DNA of 47,124 bases from Nitrospirae bacterium MYbin3. Its GTDB lineage: Bacteria > Nitrospirota > Thermodesulfovibrionia > Thermodesulfovibrionales > Dissulfurispiraceae. The position numbers and the translations under genes are program-made. Below, one piece after another: positions 9,163 through 17,397 of this stretch. The stretch's first letter is position 1, and each line of letters opens with the position of its first letter. Below the pieces are notes generated by a model. That model did no database searches, was not told the origin of the DNA, and was given only the letters and a program-made list of their open reading frames with translations. The stretch spans positions 62,001-109,124 of the forward strand of contig PEAD01000007.1 of assembly GCA_002753335.1 (NCBI GenBank), written 5' to 3'.

Positions 9163-10446
9163 TTACTTAACAGTAACCTTCTTTGTTTCTCCGTACAAGA
9201 GATACTGGTCTTTATTGACCGCACCTTTCTTGTGGTCTCCGCCCGCAGGCATGTACCAGAGATTTACGGTTACATCCATCTCTTTTGCTTTTATGTCTCT
9301 GCTTTTCTTTCCGTCTTTCTCTACATCTTCATACGGGAATTTGATTTCGAAGGTCTCTACAACCTTCTTGCCCGGCTGAAGAGTTGTGTCGGCAAGCATT
9401 CCGGATTTTCTGAAAGGCCCATAAGCCATCTTGTCCCCTCTGCCTTTTGCAGGAGATTGGGGCATATAAATCTTCGAGGTGTTGAATATTTCTTTGCCGT
9501 CTTTGGTTTTAGCGGTCACATCCAGGACCAGCCTATTGGGAGACGGTCAGCCATCAGGTATTCTGTGGCCTGCGTTGTTCAACATCTTTACGGTCACTTT
9601 AGCCGTTGGCTGAGAATCGCCTGCTTTCGGCAAGAAATAGTATCCGGTAGCATCAACGCTTACGGTTACCGCCTTCTTTGCCTGATCAGGGTCTCTGTAT
9701 CCCGGCATAAAATGTCCCTTGTCCATATGGCATTCCTGACAGGTTTTGTTGCCGCCGGCCGGTACATAGGCATGCAGGTAACTTCCATAAAGGGTCGCGC
9801 ATTGTGTAGGCTCGGTCAGATCAAAGTTTGGACCGAGGCCGTGGCACTGGCCGCATAGTATAGACTCTTTCATGATAGGGCTCTTTTTAAGAGCCTTAAA
9901 CTTGCCGTCAGCATGGGCGCCCTCTTTGTTGCCGTAGATTACTCCGGCTTCAGGCTCTCCATCCGTCCATTTGTGTATAAGCGCCTTCTGGTTGTGGCAG
10001 GTTATACAGTTGATTCCGAGCTTTTTTAGTTTTGCCTTGGCGTCATCATCTCCGGCAGCGCCGTCAATAGCCGCTTTTGCGATCTCTTGAGCGACAGCAT
10101 CCGTAGCATTTTTAATTTGTGGCAGATGGCATTTAAGGCAGGACAGCATATGCTCCACCTTTATGTCCTTTATCTCCTTAACGCCGGACTTTGTCCATTC
10201 CTTCATTATTCCGTCTTTAACAGCGCTGGCTATCGTGGCCATTGTTCTTGGCGAGCCGATAAGGGAGGTCGCATGATAGGACTTTTCCCACTCATCATAA
10301 ATCTTTGCATGACAGCCTTTGCAAGAGGATACATCGTACATCTTTGCAAGTTCGTCAATGGTCTTTGCTTTTTCATGCCCTGCTGCAACTGCCGTAAGCG
10401 GCAATGCAATAAAAAGAAAAACGACCGCAAATTTCAAAAATCTCAT
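9163..10446 (-). CDS. extKL: Pentaheme c-type cytochrome selenoprotein (ExtKL-like), UGA at 9549-9547 read as Sec
   Basis: ORFs 9547-10446 and 9163-9519 are in the same frame separated by one TGA, giving GHRIPDG-U-PSPNRLVLDV; five CxxCH motifs (CKGCH, CLKCH, CITCH, CGQCH, CQECH), signal peptide, SECIS-like hairpin 3' of UGA. Confidence 0.88.
9512..9532 (-). promoter_or_regulatory. Bacterial SECIS-like stem-loop
   Basis: Minus-strand GCUGGUC-CUGGAUGU-GACCGC with a bulged U and a G-containing apical loop, starting 15 nt after the UGA. Confidence 0.7.
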
Positions 10447-10481
10447 AAACCCCCCTTTTTAGTTAATGCAACAAATACCAG

Positions 10482-10511
10482 AACAGCTTAATCAATAACA
10501 GCTTAATCAAT
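10482..10511. repeat. Tandem 15-bp duplication AACAGCTTAATCAAT x2
   Basis: Exact copies at 10482-10496 and 10497-10511, upstream of the selenocytochrome start. Confidence 0.9.
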
Positions 10512-10692
10512 ATCTCCTATACCCACCACCTCCTCTTCAAATAGACTCTGGCTTGATACCGCCGGGAAAACCGGACCCGCAGTATTTTCTAACGACTGCG
10601 ATGCCTGTGTTCGCTTCGGTAAATGTTTTTCCAGTTTCAAAAATATTTAAAAATTTATCACTGAATGAACCAAACAGCAATTTTCAGAAAGT

Positions 10693-10714
10693 CCCTGCCC
10701 CTTTCGGGGCAGGG
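10693..10714 (-). terminator. GC-rich hairpin with GAAA loop (terminator or attenuator candidate)
   Basis: Minus-strand CCCTGCCCC-GAAA-GGGGCAGGG followed only by a weak ACTTTCT tail. Confidence 0.55.
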
Positions 10715-10818
10715 CAGTTAGCGGGGAGAAACAATCCTTATACGATGCTATGACCGCGTCATAATAAAAAGCTGACAGCTTTTATGTGCAGACGGGGTGC
10801 ATATTACATACAAGAATT

Positions 10819-11109
10819 TTAAGCGAATTTGGGAGGCTTGTAATCAGAGTTCCAAGGCAGTGACGGAACCCGGACATGCTTGGTTTCTGCTATGCGTTCG
10901 ATAGAGAATAACGTCAATAGCAGAAAAAGCATAGAGACAACAAAACTTAAACCGTCAACAGTTCCGGCTATATGTTTGTTGCAAACATCGAGTGTGGCTA
11001 TTGAAGGGGATGAAGATTCATTATTGACCAAAGTCAAATTAGGGGCGAATATAAAACAAGGGATAAGACAGAGCAGTGTGGCTAAAGCGAATAGTCTTGC
11101 TTTGGACAT
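10819..11109 (-). CDS. Small membrane protein, DUF2946-like architecture (TM, LDVC..H, TM, C-terminal KPP)
   Basis: Two hydrophobic segments, ATLDVCNKH, and SDYKPPKFA at the C-terminus; family resemblance is inferred. Confidence 0.6.
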   Translation of the reverse strand: MSKARLFALATLLCLIPCFIFAPNLTLVNNESSSPSIATLDVCNKHIAGTVDGLSFVVSMLFLLLTLFSIERIAETKHVRVPSLPWNSDYKPPKFA

Positions 11110-11115
11110 GCTTTT

Positions 11116-11144
11116 AAACTAACAGAATAAGGGGGCAGTGTCAA
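11116..11144 (-). promoter_or_regulatory. sigma70 promoter giving a leaderless transcript of 10819-11109
   Basis: Minus-strand TTGACA-N17-TAGTTT with extended TG; only 6 nt separate the -10 from the ATG and there is no SD. Confidence 0.65.
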
Positions 11145-11152
11145 CTTGAAGT

Positions 11153-11590
11153 TCAAAGTTTAGATGGGTTGAGGTAGGCATAATAAACCGCCTTGCGCTC
11201 TACGATAAAACTGCCGTCGCTTAAATTTCCTTTTACCCTTATTGGGTGGCAGCTTCCAACACCGGTCGGAATTTCTGTAAGAGGGAAACTTTCGTTACAG
11301 GTTTTACACGTTATGATGTCTTCGTTAAAACGAAAACCTAGCCCGGAGTTAAAACATTTTCTACAGCGATTAAGATACGCGCCGGGCTTCCCATCAAGCG
11401 CAATCACAAAAAATTCAATTTTCTTGTTGCCTGAACTGATTTCGTAAAAACGAGGAGTTTTTTCTGGGAGTTGTTCGACCTTCATAGCGATGCTTTGATC
11501 ATTGTCAGGGATTTTTGTGAAACTGTTGCCGCTTTTCTCAGAACAGGCCGCAATCAGAAATACGCACAACAGGAGTAAAAAAACTCTCAC
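11153..11590 (-). CDS. DUF2318/FtrD-like Cys-rich (Fe-S) lipoprotein
   Basis: Lipobox IAAC; CRKC...CKTC...GSCHPI pattern typical of DUF2318; start overlaps the ATPase stop. Confidence 0.75.
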   Translation of the reverse strand: MRVFLLLLCVFLIAACSEKSGNSFTKIPDNDQSIAMKVEQLPEKTPRFYEISSGNKKIEFFVIALDGKPGAYLNRCRKCFNSGLGFRFNEDIITCKTCNESFPLTEIPTGVGSCHPIRVKGNLSDGSFIVERKAVYYAYLNPSKL

Positions 11591-12264
11591 AGCTCTTTGA
11601 TAATTCCGTTGGTCATCCTGAATCTTCTGCTTGCACGATTCGCCAGATCGCTGTTATGTGTAACCATTACAAAGGTCATATTTCTTTCTTTGTTCATAGA
11701 GTCAAACAGTCCCATCATTTCGGCTTCGGTCTCTTCGTCGAGGTCGCCGGTAGGTTCATCCGCAAGTATCAATTCAGGGTCGTTAATAAAAGAGCGTGCT
11801 ATTGCGACGCGGCGCTGTTGTCCGCCCGAAAGCTGTGATGGAAAAGCCTTCAACTTGTCCTCTAACCCAACCTTTTTCAAAAGATCCACTGCTCTATCAA
11901 GGTCATCTGTTGTTACTCCCTCTGTCTTGAACAGAAGGGGCACAAGGACATTTTCTTTAACCGTCAACATCTGGAGCAAACTTGAAAACTGAAACATGAA
12001 CCCGATTTTTTGGCACCTATGTTCGGAGAGACTTTCATCAGTGAGAGAGCATATATTCACGCCGTTATGTATGATAGCGCCTGAGGTTGGATTGGCAATT
12101 CCTCCGAGCATCGAAAGCAGCGTGGTTTTCCCCGATCCGGAATGGCCCACAATAGAAATGAATTCGCCGCGCTTAATATCGAGCGATAGATTTTTAACCG
12201 CATCTATCTTCTGTTCTTCGATAAAATATGTTTTAGTGACCGACTCTAGTTTAATAAACGGCAC
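11587..12264 (-). CDS. ABC transporter ATP-binding protein (LolD/MacB type)
   Basis: GHSGSGKT Walker A, LSGGQQRRVAIAR, ILADEPTGDLD, VTHN; GTG at 12264 with a GAGGA SD is preferred to 12360. Confidence 0.93.
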   Translation of the reverse strand: MPFIKLESVTKTYFIEEQKIDAVKNLSLDIKRGEFISIVGHSGSGKTTLLSMLGGIANPTSGAIIHNGVNICSLTDESLSEHRCQKIGFMFQFSSLLQMLTVKENVLVPLLFKTEGVTTDDLDRAVDLLKKVGLEDKLKAFPSQLSGGQQRRVAIARSFINDPELILADEPTGDLDEETEAEMMGLFDSMNKERNMTFVMVTHNSDLANRASRRFRMTNGIIKEL

Positions 12265-12266
12265 TT

Positions 12267-13460
12267 TCAATCCTCTTTTATAACAGACAGCGGTTCCATT
12301 TTTTTCAGCCTCCGTAAAGGGAAAAGCGCTCCCGAAACGCATATGCCCGTACCGGCGCAAAGACCCACAACCGAAATTATGCTTCGCTGAATGATATTAA
12401 GGTCAACGCTCAGATTTTTAAGTATTGTAAACCCCTTTGCAAGCACGATAGAAAGCGCTGTGCCGCCTGCAACTCCGGCAAGGCTTCCGATTGCCCCGAT
12501 TATAACAACCTCTGTGAGAAAAAGTTTTGTTATGTGAGACTCTTTTGCGCCGAGGGCCCGCATGATTCCAACTTCTTTAGCGCGCTCGTTGGCTATGGCC
12601 GAAAATACAGACCAAGCTAAAAATGTTGAAAGAATGCATGCCAGCGTTATTGTTATTAAAAAAATACGGTTTATATCCTTTAAAGCATCTATCATTGCCT
12701 TGCCTATATCTTTTCTTGCGATAGTATCAACTTCAATTATGGAGTCTTCAATCTTGCCGGCTACTTTAGAAGAATCGTAGCCGCTTTTAACCTTTGCAAA
12801 CATCAACGAAATTTGGTTCGGCTTTATTTCGGACTGACCTGATTTAATAATATCCGGCATGTTTTCATCGCTCACGAATATAGCGGTGTCAAGGCCTGTC
12901 CCGGTCTTGTCAAGAACCCCCACCATCTTAAAGACGTTGCCGAAAAGCACACTGTCAACTTCCATTAAACCCACATCTATATTAAAGGCCGACTCACTGC
13001 CTACAACAGCCTCGCCTTTTTTGAGCTTGCGTTTAAGCTTTTCTTTTAGCCATGGTGCAATTATAAAATCGGTATCCTGATCAAAAGCAACGATAACAGC
13101 ATCAGGCACATCGCAGCATTTGCCAGTAAGGGTGACAAGGTAGGTTTGGTATGTTAAAACGTCAATACCCTTAATCTCTTTCACTTTATCTATAAGGCTC
13201 TTATCCATGAAGAATGATTTGGATTTGCTTTCAAGCAGCACATCTTCGGCAGCGCCCCGGGATCCTGCAGGCACGATAAGAATGTCTGCGCCGAGCCGCT
13301 CCGTAGCTTTATTTATGCTTGCATTTATGCGGGTTACAAAAGAAATAGAGAAAACGGTCACGGCCACGAGAAGCGCAATCGAAAGCGAGAGTATCGCTGT
13401 TCTCAGCGGTTTTCTTCGAAGGTTTTTAAAGGCAAAAATCGAAAGAGAAAAATGAGCCAC
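12267..13460 (-). CDS. ABC transporter permease (MacB/FtsX family) with periplasmic CC motif
   Basis: NLRRKPLRT, RLGADILIVP, ERAKEVGIMRALGA; four-TM FtsX layout; GKCCD in the periplasmic domain. Confidence 0.9.
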   Translation of the reverse strand: MAHFSLSIFAFKNLRRKPLRTAILSLSIALLVAVTVFSISFVTRINASINKATERLGADILIVPAGSRGAAEDVLLESKSKSFFMDKSLIDKVKEIKGIDVLTYQTYLVTLTGKCCDVPDAVIVAFDQDTDFIIAPWLKEKLKRKLKKGEAVVGSESAFNIDVGLMEVDSVLFGNVFKMVGVLDKTGTGLDTAIFVSDENMPDIIKSGQSEIKPNQISLMFAKVKSGYDSSKVAGKIEDSIIEVDTIARKDIGKAMIDALKDINRIFLITITLACILSTFLAWSVFSAIANERAKEVGIMRALGAKESHITKLFLTEVVIIGAIGSLAGVAGGTALSIVLAKGFTILKNLSVDLNIIQRSIISVVGLCAGTGICVSGALFPLRRLKKMEPLSVIKED

Positions 13461-13500
13461 AAGACCTCGTGATTTTTAGTTGTAGCCTGTCCGGCTAAGA

Positions 13501-13538
13501 TACTAAGGCAGAAAGGCTCATGCCTTTCTGCCTTAGTA
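13501..13538. other. Perfect 17-bp intergenic stem-loop
   Basis: TACTAAGGCAGAAAGGC-TCAT-GCCTTTCTGCCTTAGTA with no U-tract on the transcribed (minus) strand. Confidence 0.8.
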
Positions 13539-13558
13539 GAAAACAAGAAATCAAAAAA

Positions 13559-14692
13559 CTATTTTTTTGAGTAAACGGAATCAATACCGCAAAGTACGGC
13601 GCTCTTGTCTCCAAGCCCCATTCCCTTGTGGCATGCCTGACATACAGAAACCTGATTGCCGAATACCTTTTTGCCGTCAACATCGTACATCTGAACGGTG
13701 CCGTCGGTTATGGTCTTGCCGGCAATCGCCTTGCCGTCAGCATCGCAACCATCGGTTGCCTGTCTTACGGTCATTACAACATATTTGTTGTCAGGGGTTG
13801 CCTGTGCATCGTGAACCTGACCGTCAACCATCTTTTCGTCAACCATCTTAAGTGTTTTTGCGTCAAGAACCCAAATGCGGTCTCCAACTGACTGGAATAT
13901 AAGCTTGTTGTCATTTGAGAAATAGCCTCTGAATGTTATGGTCTTGCCGCCTATGCCGGTGTGGCTTGCCTTGGTTATAACCTTCCACTCGCCTTTTTCG
14001 AGCGCCGGCAGATCAACTAGAACGAAATCTATTTTGCCTGTGCCCTTGCCTTCTTTTGTTTCATTAATCGCAAGCACGAATGTTTTATGGTCATTTGAGT
14101 TTACGCCATGCAGGAACTGGTATGTGCCGGCTTTAAACCCAAGATCGCTTATGAACATGCGTTTTTTGTGGTCAAGGTTTTTCTTGTCAAAGATATCCAC
14201 AAAGCCTTCAACGCCCATAAATATAGGCAGATAGTTGTCCTTGCTCTGGCCTGAAGCGCAATATAAAGGAGGCTTTTTGCCGGGTGCTCTCGGATCCGGA
14301 TCAAGCGCTACGTCTTTGATAACATTTCCTGTTTTAAGGTCGCTTTTGCCAACATGCATCTTGCCTTTGGGATCTACGACATAAGTTGACCAGAACATTA
14401 CTGTGGAATCATTGGAATCAATTCTGGCGTCATGTGTCGGATGGGTCTTTTTGTCTCCTATTGTGATTCTGTCGAGGTTTTTAACCTTAATAGGATCTTT
14501 GTCATTGTTCGGGTCGATAGTAACATCAACCTTAGCATAATGCCCGCCCATGCCTGCTACATAGAGTGTCGAATTATAAGTCTTTTTTGCTGCTGTGGCC
14601 ATATCGGTGTTTGTTGAAACAACAGAAAGAACAAGATAACTTAGAAAAACTACCGCTATTATTCCTGAAACCAGAAAAATCTTTTTCTTCAT
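13559..14692 (-). CDS. Exported or membrane-anchored beta-propeller-like protein with C-terminal monoheme CxxCH
   Basis: N-terminal hydrophobic anchor; repeated beta-strand blades with His motifs (THDARID, LHGVNS, VHDAQAT); CQACH near the C-terminus; GAGGAG SD before ATG 14692. Confidence 0.65.
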   Translation of the reverse strand: MKKKIFLVSGIIAVVFLSYLVLSVVSTNTDMATAAKKTYNSTLYVAGMGGHYAKVDVTIDPNNDKDPIKVKNLDRITIGDKKTHPTHDARIDSNDSTVMFWSTYVVDPKGKMHVGKSDLKTGNVIKDVALDPDPRAPGKKPPLYCASGQSKDNYLPIFMGVEGFVDIFDKKNLDHKKRMFISDLGFKAGTYQFLHGVNSNDHKTFVLAINETKEGKGTGKIDFVLVDLPALEKGEWKVITKASHTGIGGKTITFRGYFSNDNKLIFQSVGDRIWVLDAKTLKMVDEKMVDGQVHDAQATPDNKYVVMTVRQATDGCDADGKAIAGKTITDGTVQMYDVDGKKVFGNQVSVCQACHKGMGLGDKSAVLCGIDSVYSKK

Positions 14693-15031
14693 TTTTACTC
14701 CTCCCCGCATTTTTTATTTTTTATATTTGCTGCATGAAACTGAGCGTGCAGATAAAAATTTCTTGTATCACCCCCTTCTGGATTGCAATGGAATGTCTTT
14801 TATGATGTTAAGACAAATTAACATACCGTCAGGCCAAAGTCAACTTGAATTTCAAAATTTAGGATACTTAAGCAACACTTGTGCAAGAGCGTTTTTTGCA
14901 AATAAAGCATGAATTATCCAAAACCCTGATGTCGGATGCATAATTAATATAATTTTTTTTGACAGCTTTAAACCTTTTGTGCTAAATTGTTCTGCTTAAG
15001 GCTAAAAACCTTTATTTTTCTGCGGGGGAAA

Positions 15032-16318
15032 ATGAAGAACACAAAATCTAAAAGTCTTTTCAAAAAAGCGTGTCAGCTTATGCCGGGCGGGGTTAATAGT
15101 CCTGTTAGGGCATTTAAGGCTGTAGGCGGGTCTCCTCTATTTATAAAGAAAGCTAAAGGCTCCAAGATTTACGATGTTGACGACAACGCCTATATAGATT
15201 ATGTGCTTTCTTGGGGTCCTATGATTTTAGGGCACTCCCATCCTGCAGTAGTGAGCGCGCTTAAGAATAGGATTGCTGAAGGAACAAGTTATGGCGCACC
15301 GACCCCTCTGGAGATTGAACTTGCAGAGATGGTGATGAAAGCATACCCATCTATCGAAAAAATCAGGATGGTCAATTCCGGCACAGAAGCTACGATGAGC
15401 GCCATACGTGTTGCGAGGGGATTCACAAATCGCGACAAGGTTGTAAAATTTGAGGGCTGCTATCACGGCCATGCGGATGGACTGCTCGTGAAGGCTGGGT
15501 CAGGCGCAACAACCTTTGGCGTCCCTGACAGTCCCGGAGTGCCTAAATCCTACGCTAAAAATACACTCACTCTTCCGTTTAATGACACAGCAGCATTTAA
15601 AACTCTCCTTGCAAAAGAATGGAAGGACATAGCGTGCGTTATCGTTGAGCCTGTAGTGGGCAATATTGGGTGTGTTCTACCCAAGCCCGAATTTTTAGAG
15701 GCATTAAGAAAAGAGACGAAAAAATACGGTATTATTTTGATATTCGACGAAGTGATGACAGGGTTCAGGGTCGCTTATGGCGGTGCGCAGGCTTATTATA
15801 AGATTAAGCCGGACATGACCTGTTTAGGCAAAGTTATCGGAGGCGGTCTTCCGGTTGGGGCATATGGAGGCAAAAAAGAGATAATGGGCATGGTGGCGCC
15901 TGAGGGACCGGTTTATCAGGCAGGCACACTTTCGGGCAATCCTATTGCGATGACCGCCGGCATCGAAACATTGAAGATACTTTCTAAGCAAGGCATATAC
16001 GAAAAACTCGAAAATACAATGCAGCAGCTCGAAGCGGGCTTGAAAAGGGCAGCAGACAAAGCTGGCATAAAGACTAAATTTTACAGGGCAGGAACGATGT
16101 TCTGCACATATTTTACAGATTCCGATGTGGTTGACTACAAAACAGCAAAGACCTCGAATACAGAGTTGTTCGGAAAATTTTTCACGGCGATGCTCGAAAG
16201 CGGTGTAAACCTTGCCCCTTCTCAGTTTGAAGCAGGGTTCATTTCACTCGCTCATTCGCAGCAGGATATAGATAGAACTGTTAAGGCAGCTTATAAAAGC
16301 CTTACAAACATTAAGTAA
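15032..16318 (+). CDS. hemL: Glutamate-1-semialdehyde 2,1-aminomutase
   Basis: [68 protein letters not shown] at 15032. Confidence 0.97.
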   Translation: MKNTKSKSLFKKACQLMPGGVNSPVRAFKAVGGSPLFIKKAKGSKIYDVDDNAYIDYVLSWGPMILGHSHPAVVSALKNRIAEGTSYGAPTPLEIELAEMVMKAYPSIEKIRMVNSGTEATMSAIRVARGFTNRDKVVKFEGCYHGHADGLLVKAGSGATTFGVPDSPGVPKSYAKNTLTLPFNDTAAFKTLLAKEWKDIACVIVEPVVGNIGCVLPKPEFLEALRKETKKYGIILIFDEVMTGFRVAYGGAQAYYKIKPDMTCLGKVIGGGLPVGAYGGKKEIMGMVAPEGPVYQAGTLSGNPIAMTAGIETLKILSKQGIYEKLENTMQQLEAGLKRAADKAGIKTKFYRAGTMFCTYFTDSDVVDYKTAKTSNTELFGKFFTAMLESGVNLAPSQFEAGFISLAHSQQDIDRTVKAAYKSLTNIK

Positions 16319-16342
16319 ACAGGAATCCGGGAGGAAAAAATA

Positions 16343-17350
16343 ATGACACTGAATCCGTTGACGTTGTTGATTAAAATTTTAAGGTGGTACGCTGAGGAGA
16401 TAAGTCCGAAAGCGAGGATACTTTATGCCATCGGTACAATAACAGTGCTGGGCGTAATGGCAATTGTAGGATATAAGGTAAACGAATTCGGCGAACAGAA
16501 CCCTAAGGCATGCCTTATGTGTCATGTTCATGATGCGGCGCAGGAAGCGTGGTCTAAGAGCAAGCATGCCAAAGTGAACTGCCACGATTGCCATCATGCT
16601 TCCAAAGCCCAGCAGATTACCCAGATGATCAAGTTTGCATTTATGGGGCAAAAGAGTGTTCCTGCGAGACATGGTGAAGTTATTGTTCCGTGGAAGCTCT
16701 GCATGAACTGCCACTGGGAGCGTGATCCGAGATATCCGGAAGCTATGGCGGTCAACCGTTCGCCCTATCATGCCAAACATGTTTTTATCGAAAAGATTGA
16801 GTGTTCGAAATGCCACGGCTACAGGGTGCATCAGTTCCCGCCTGAAGAAAGATTCTGTCTCTCCTGTCATAAAGACAAGGAAGTCCATGGAGTTGGAATG
16901 GAAAGTTTAGCCTGCCTTAACTGCCACACCGACAGGACTAAAGACCTGAGGCCTGGAAGAAACAAATGCCTATACTGCCACGGCAGCGACAAGGTCAGGA
17001 AAGAGCTTGATAATGATCCGACTATTGATGTTAAGTACTTCAAACCTAAGCCGGAAGTCATAAAAAAGGCTGACAAAATAAATATTCCGGCAAACGCTCC
17101 TATGCAGTTCCCTTGCTACACCTGCCACAAACCGCATGGCAAGGTGAAGCTCGACTGGGGCGAGTGTTTGACCAAGTGCCACAACGACCAGCTGAATGTC
17201 GGCAAACACATGATTCATGTAAAGGGCATGAACATGAAATGTATAGACTGCCACAAGCAGCATGCCTGGCGTGTTTCTCCTGAGCAGGCCAAGAAAGACT
17301 GTGCAAAGTGCCATGAATACAAAGATCCGATGAAGTTTATCGGAGGATAA
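16343..17350 (+). CDS. Membrane-anchored multiheme cytochrome c (NapC/NirT-like N-terminus; 10 CxxCH plus 1 CxxxCH)
   Basis: TM helix then CLMCH, CHDCH, CMNCH, CSKCH, CLSCH, CLNCH, CLYCH, CYTCH, CLTKCH, CIDCH, CAKCH. Confidence 0.9.
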   Translation: MTLNPLTLLIKILRWYAEEISPKARILYAIGTITVLGVMAIVGYKVNEFGEQNPKACLMCHVHDAAQEAWSKSKHAKVNCHDCHHASKAQQITQMIKFAFMGQKSVPARHGEVIVPWKLCMNCHWERDPRYPEAMAVNRSPYHAKHVFIEKIECSKCHGYRVHQFPPEERFCLSCHKDKEVHGVGMESLACLNCHTDRTKDLRPGRNKCLYCHGSDKVRKELDNDPTIDVKYFKPKPEVIKKADKINIPANAPMQFPCYTCHKPHGKVKLDWGECLTKCHNDQLNVGKHMIHVKGMNMKCIDCHKQHAWRVSPEQAKKDCAKCHEYKDPMKFIGG

Positions 17351-17397
17351 TAATAGAGGTGCGGAAATTTGCAATTTTATACTGGGAGGTATAGAGG

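Noticed and set aside
9163..9519. Separate 118-aa gene, or a nonsense pseudogene of the cytochrome
   Set aside because: It is in frame with the upstream ORF across one TGA with a SECIS-like hairpin and has no SD of its own; Sec read-through explains it better.
10685..10730. c-di-GMP-I riboswitch suggested by the GAAA-capped hairpin
   Set aside because: It lacks the GGCAAAC 5' context, the following CGCAAAGC segment and a tetraloop-receptor stem.
14871..14886. sigma54 promoter for the propeller operon (minus-strand TTGCACAAGTGTTGCT)
   Set aside because: The invariant GG at -24 is TG; a sigma70-like TTGACT element lies nearer the gene.
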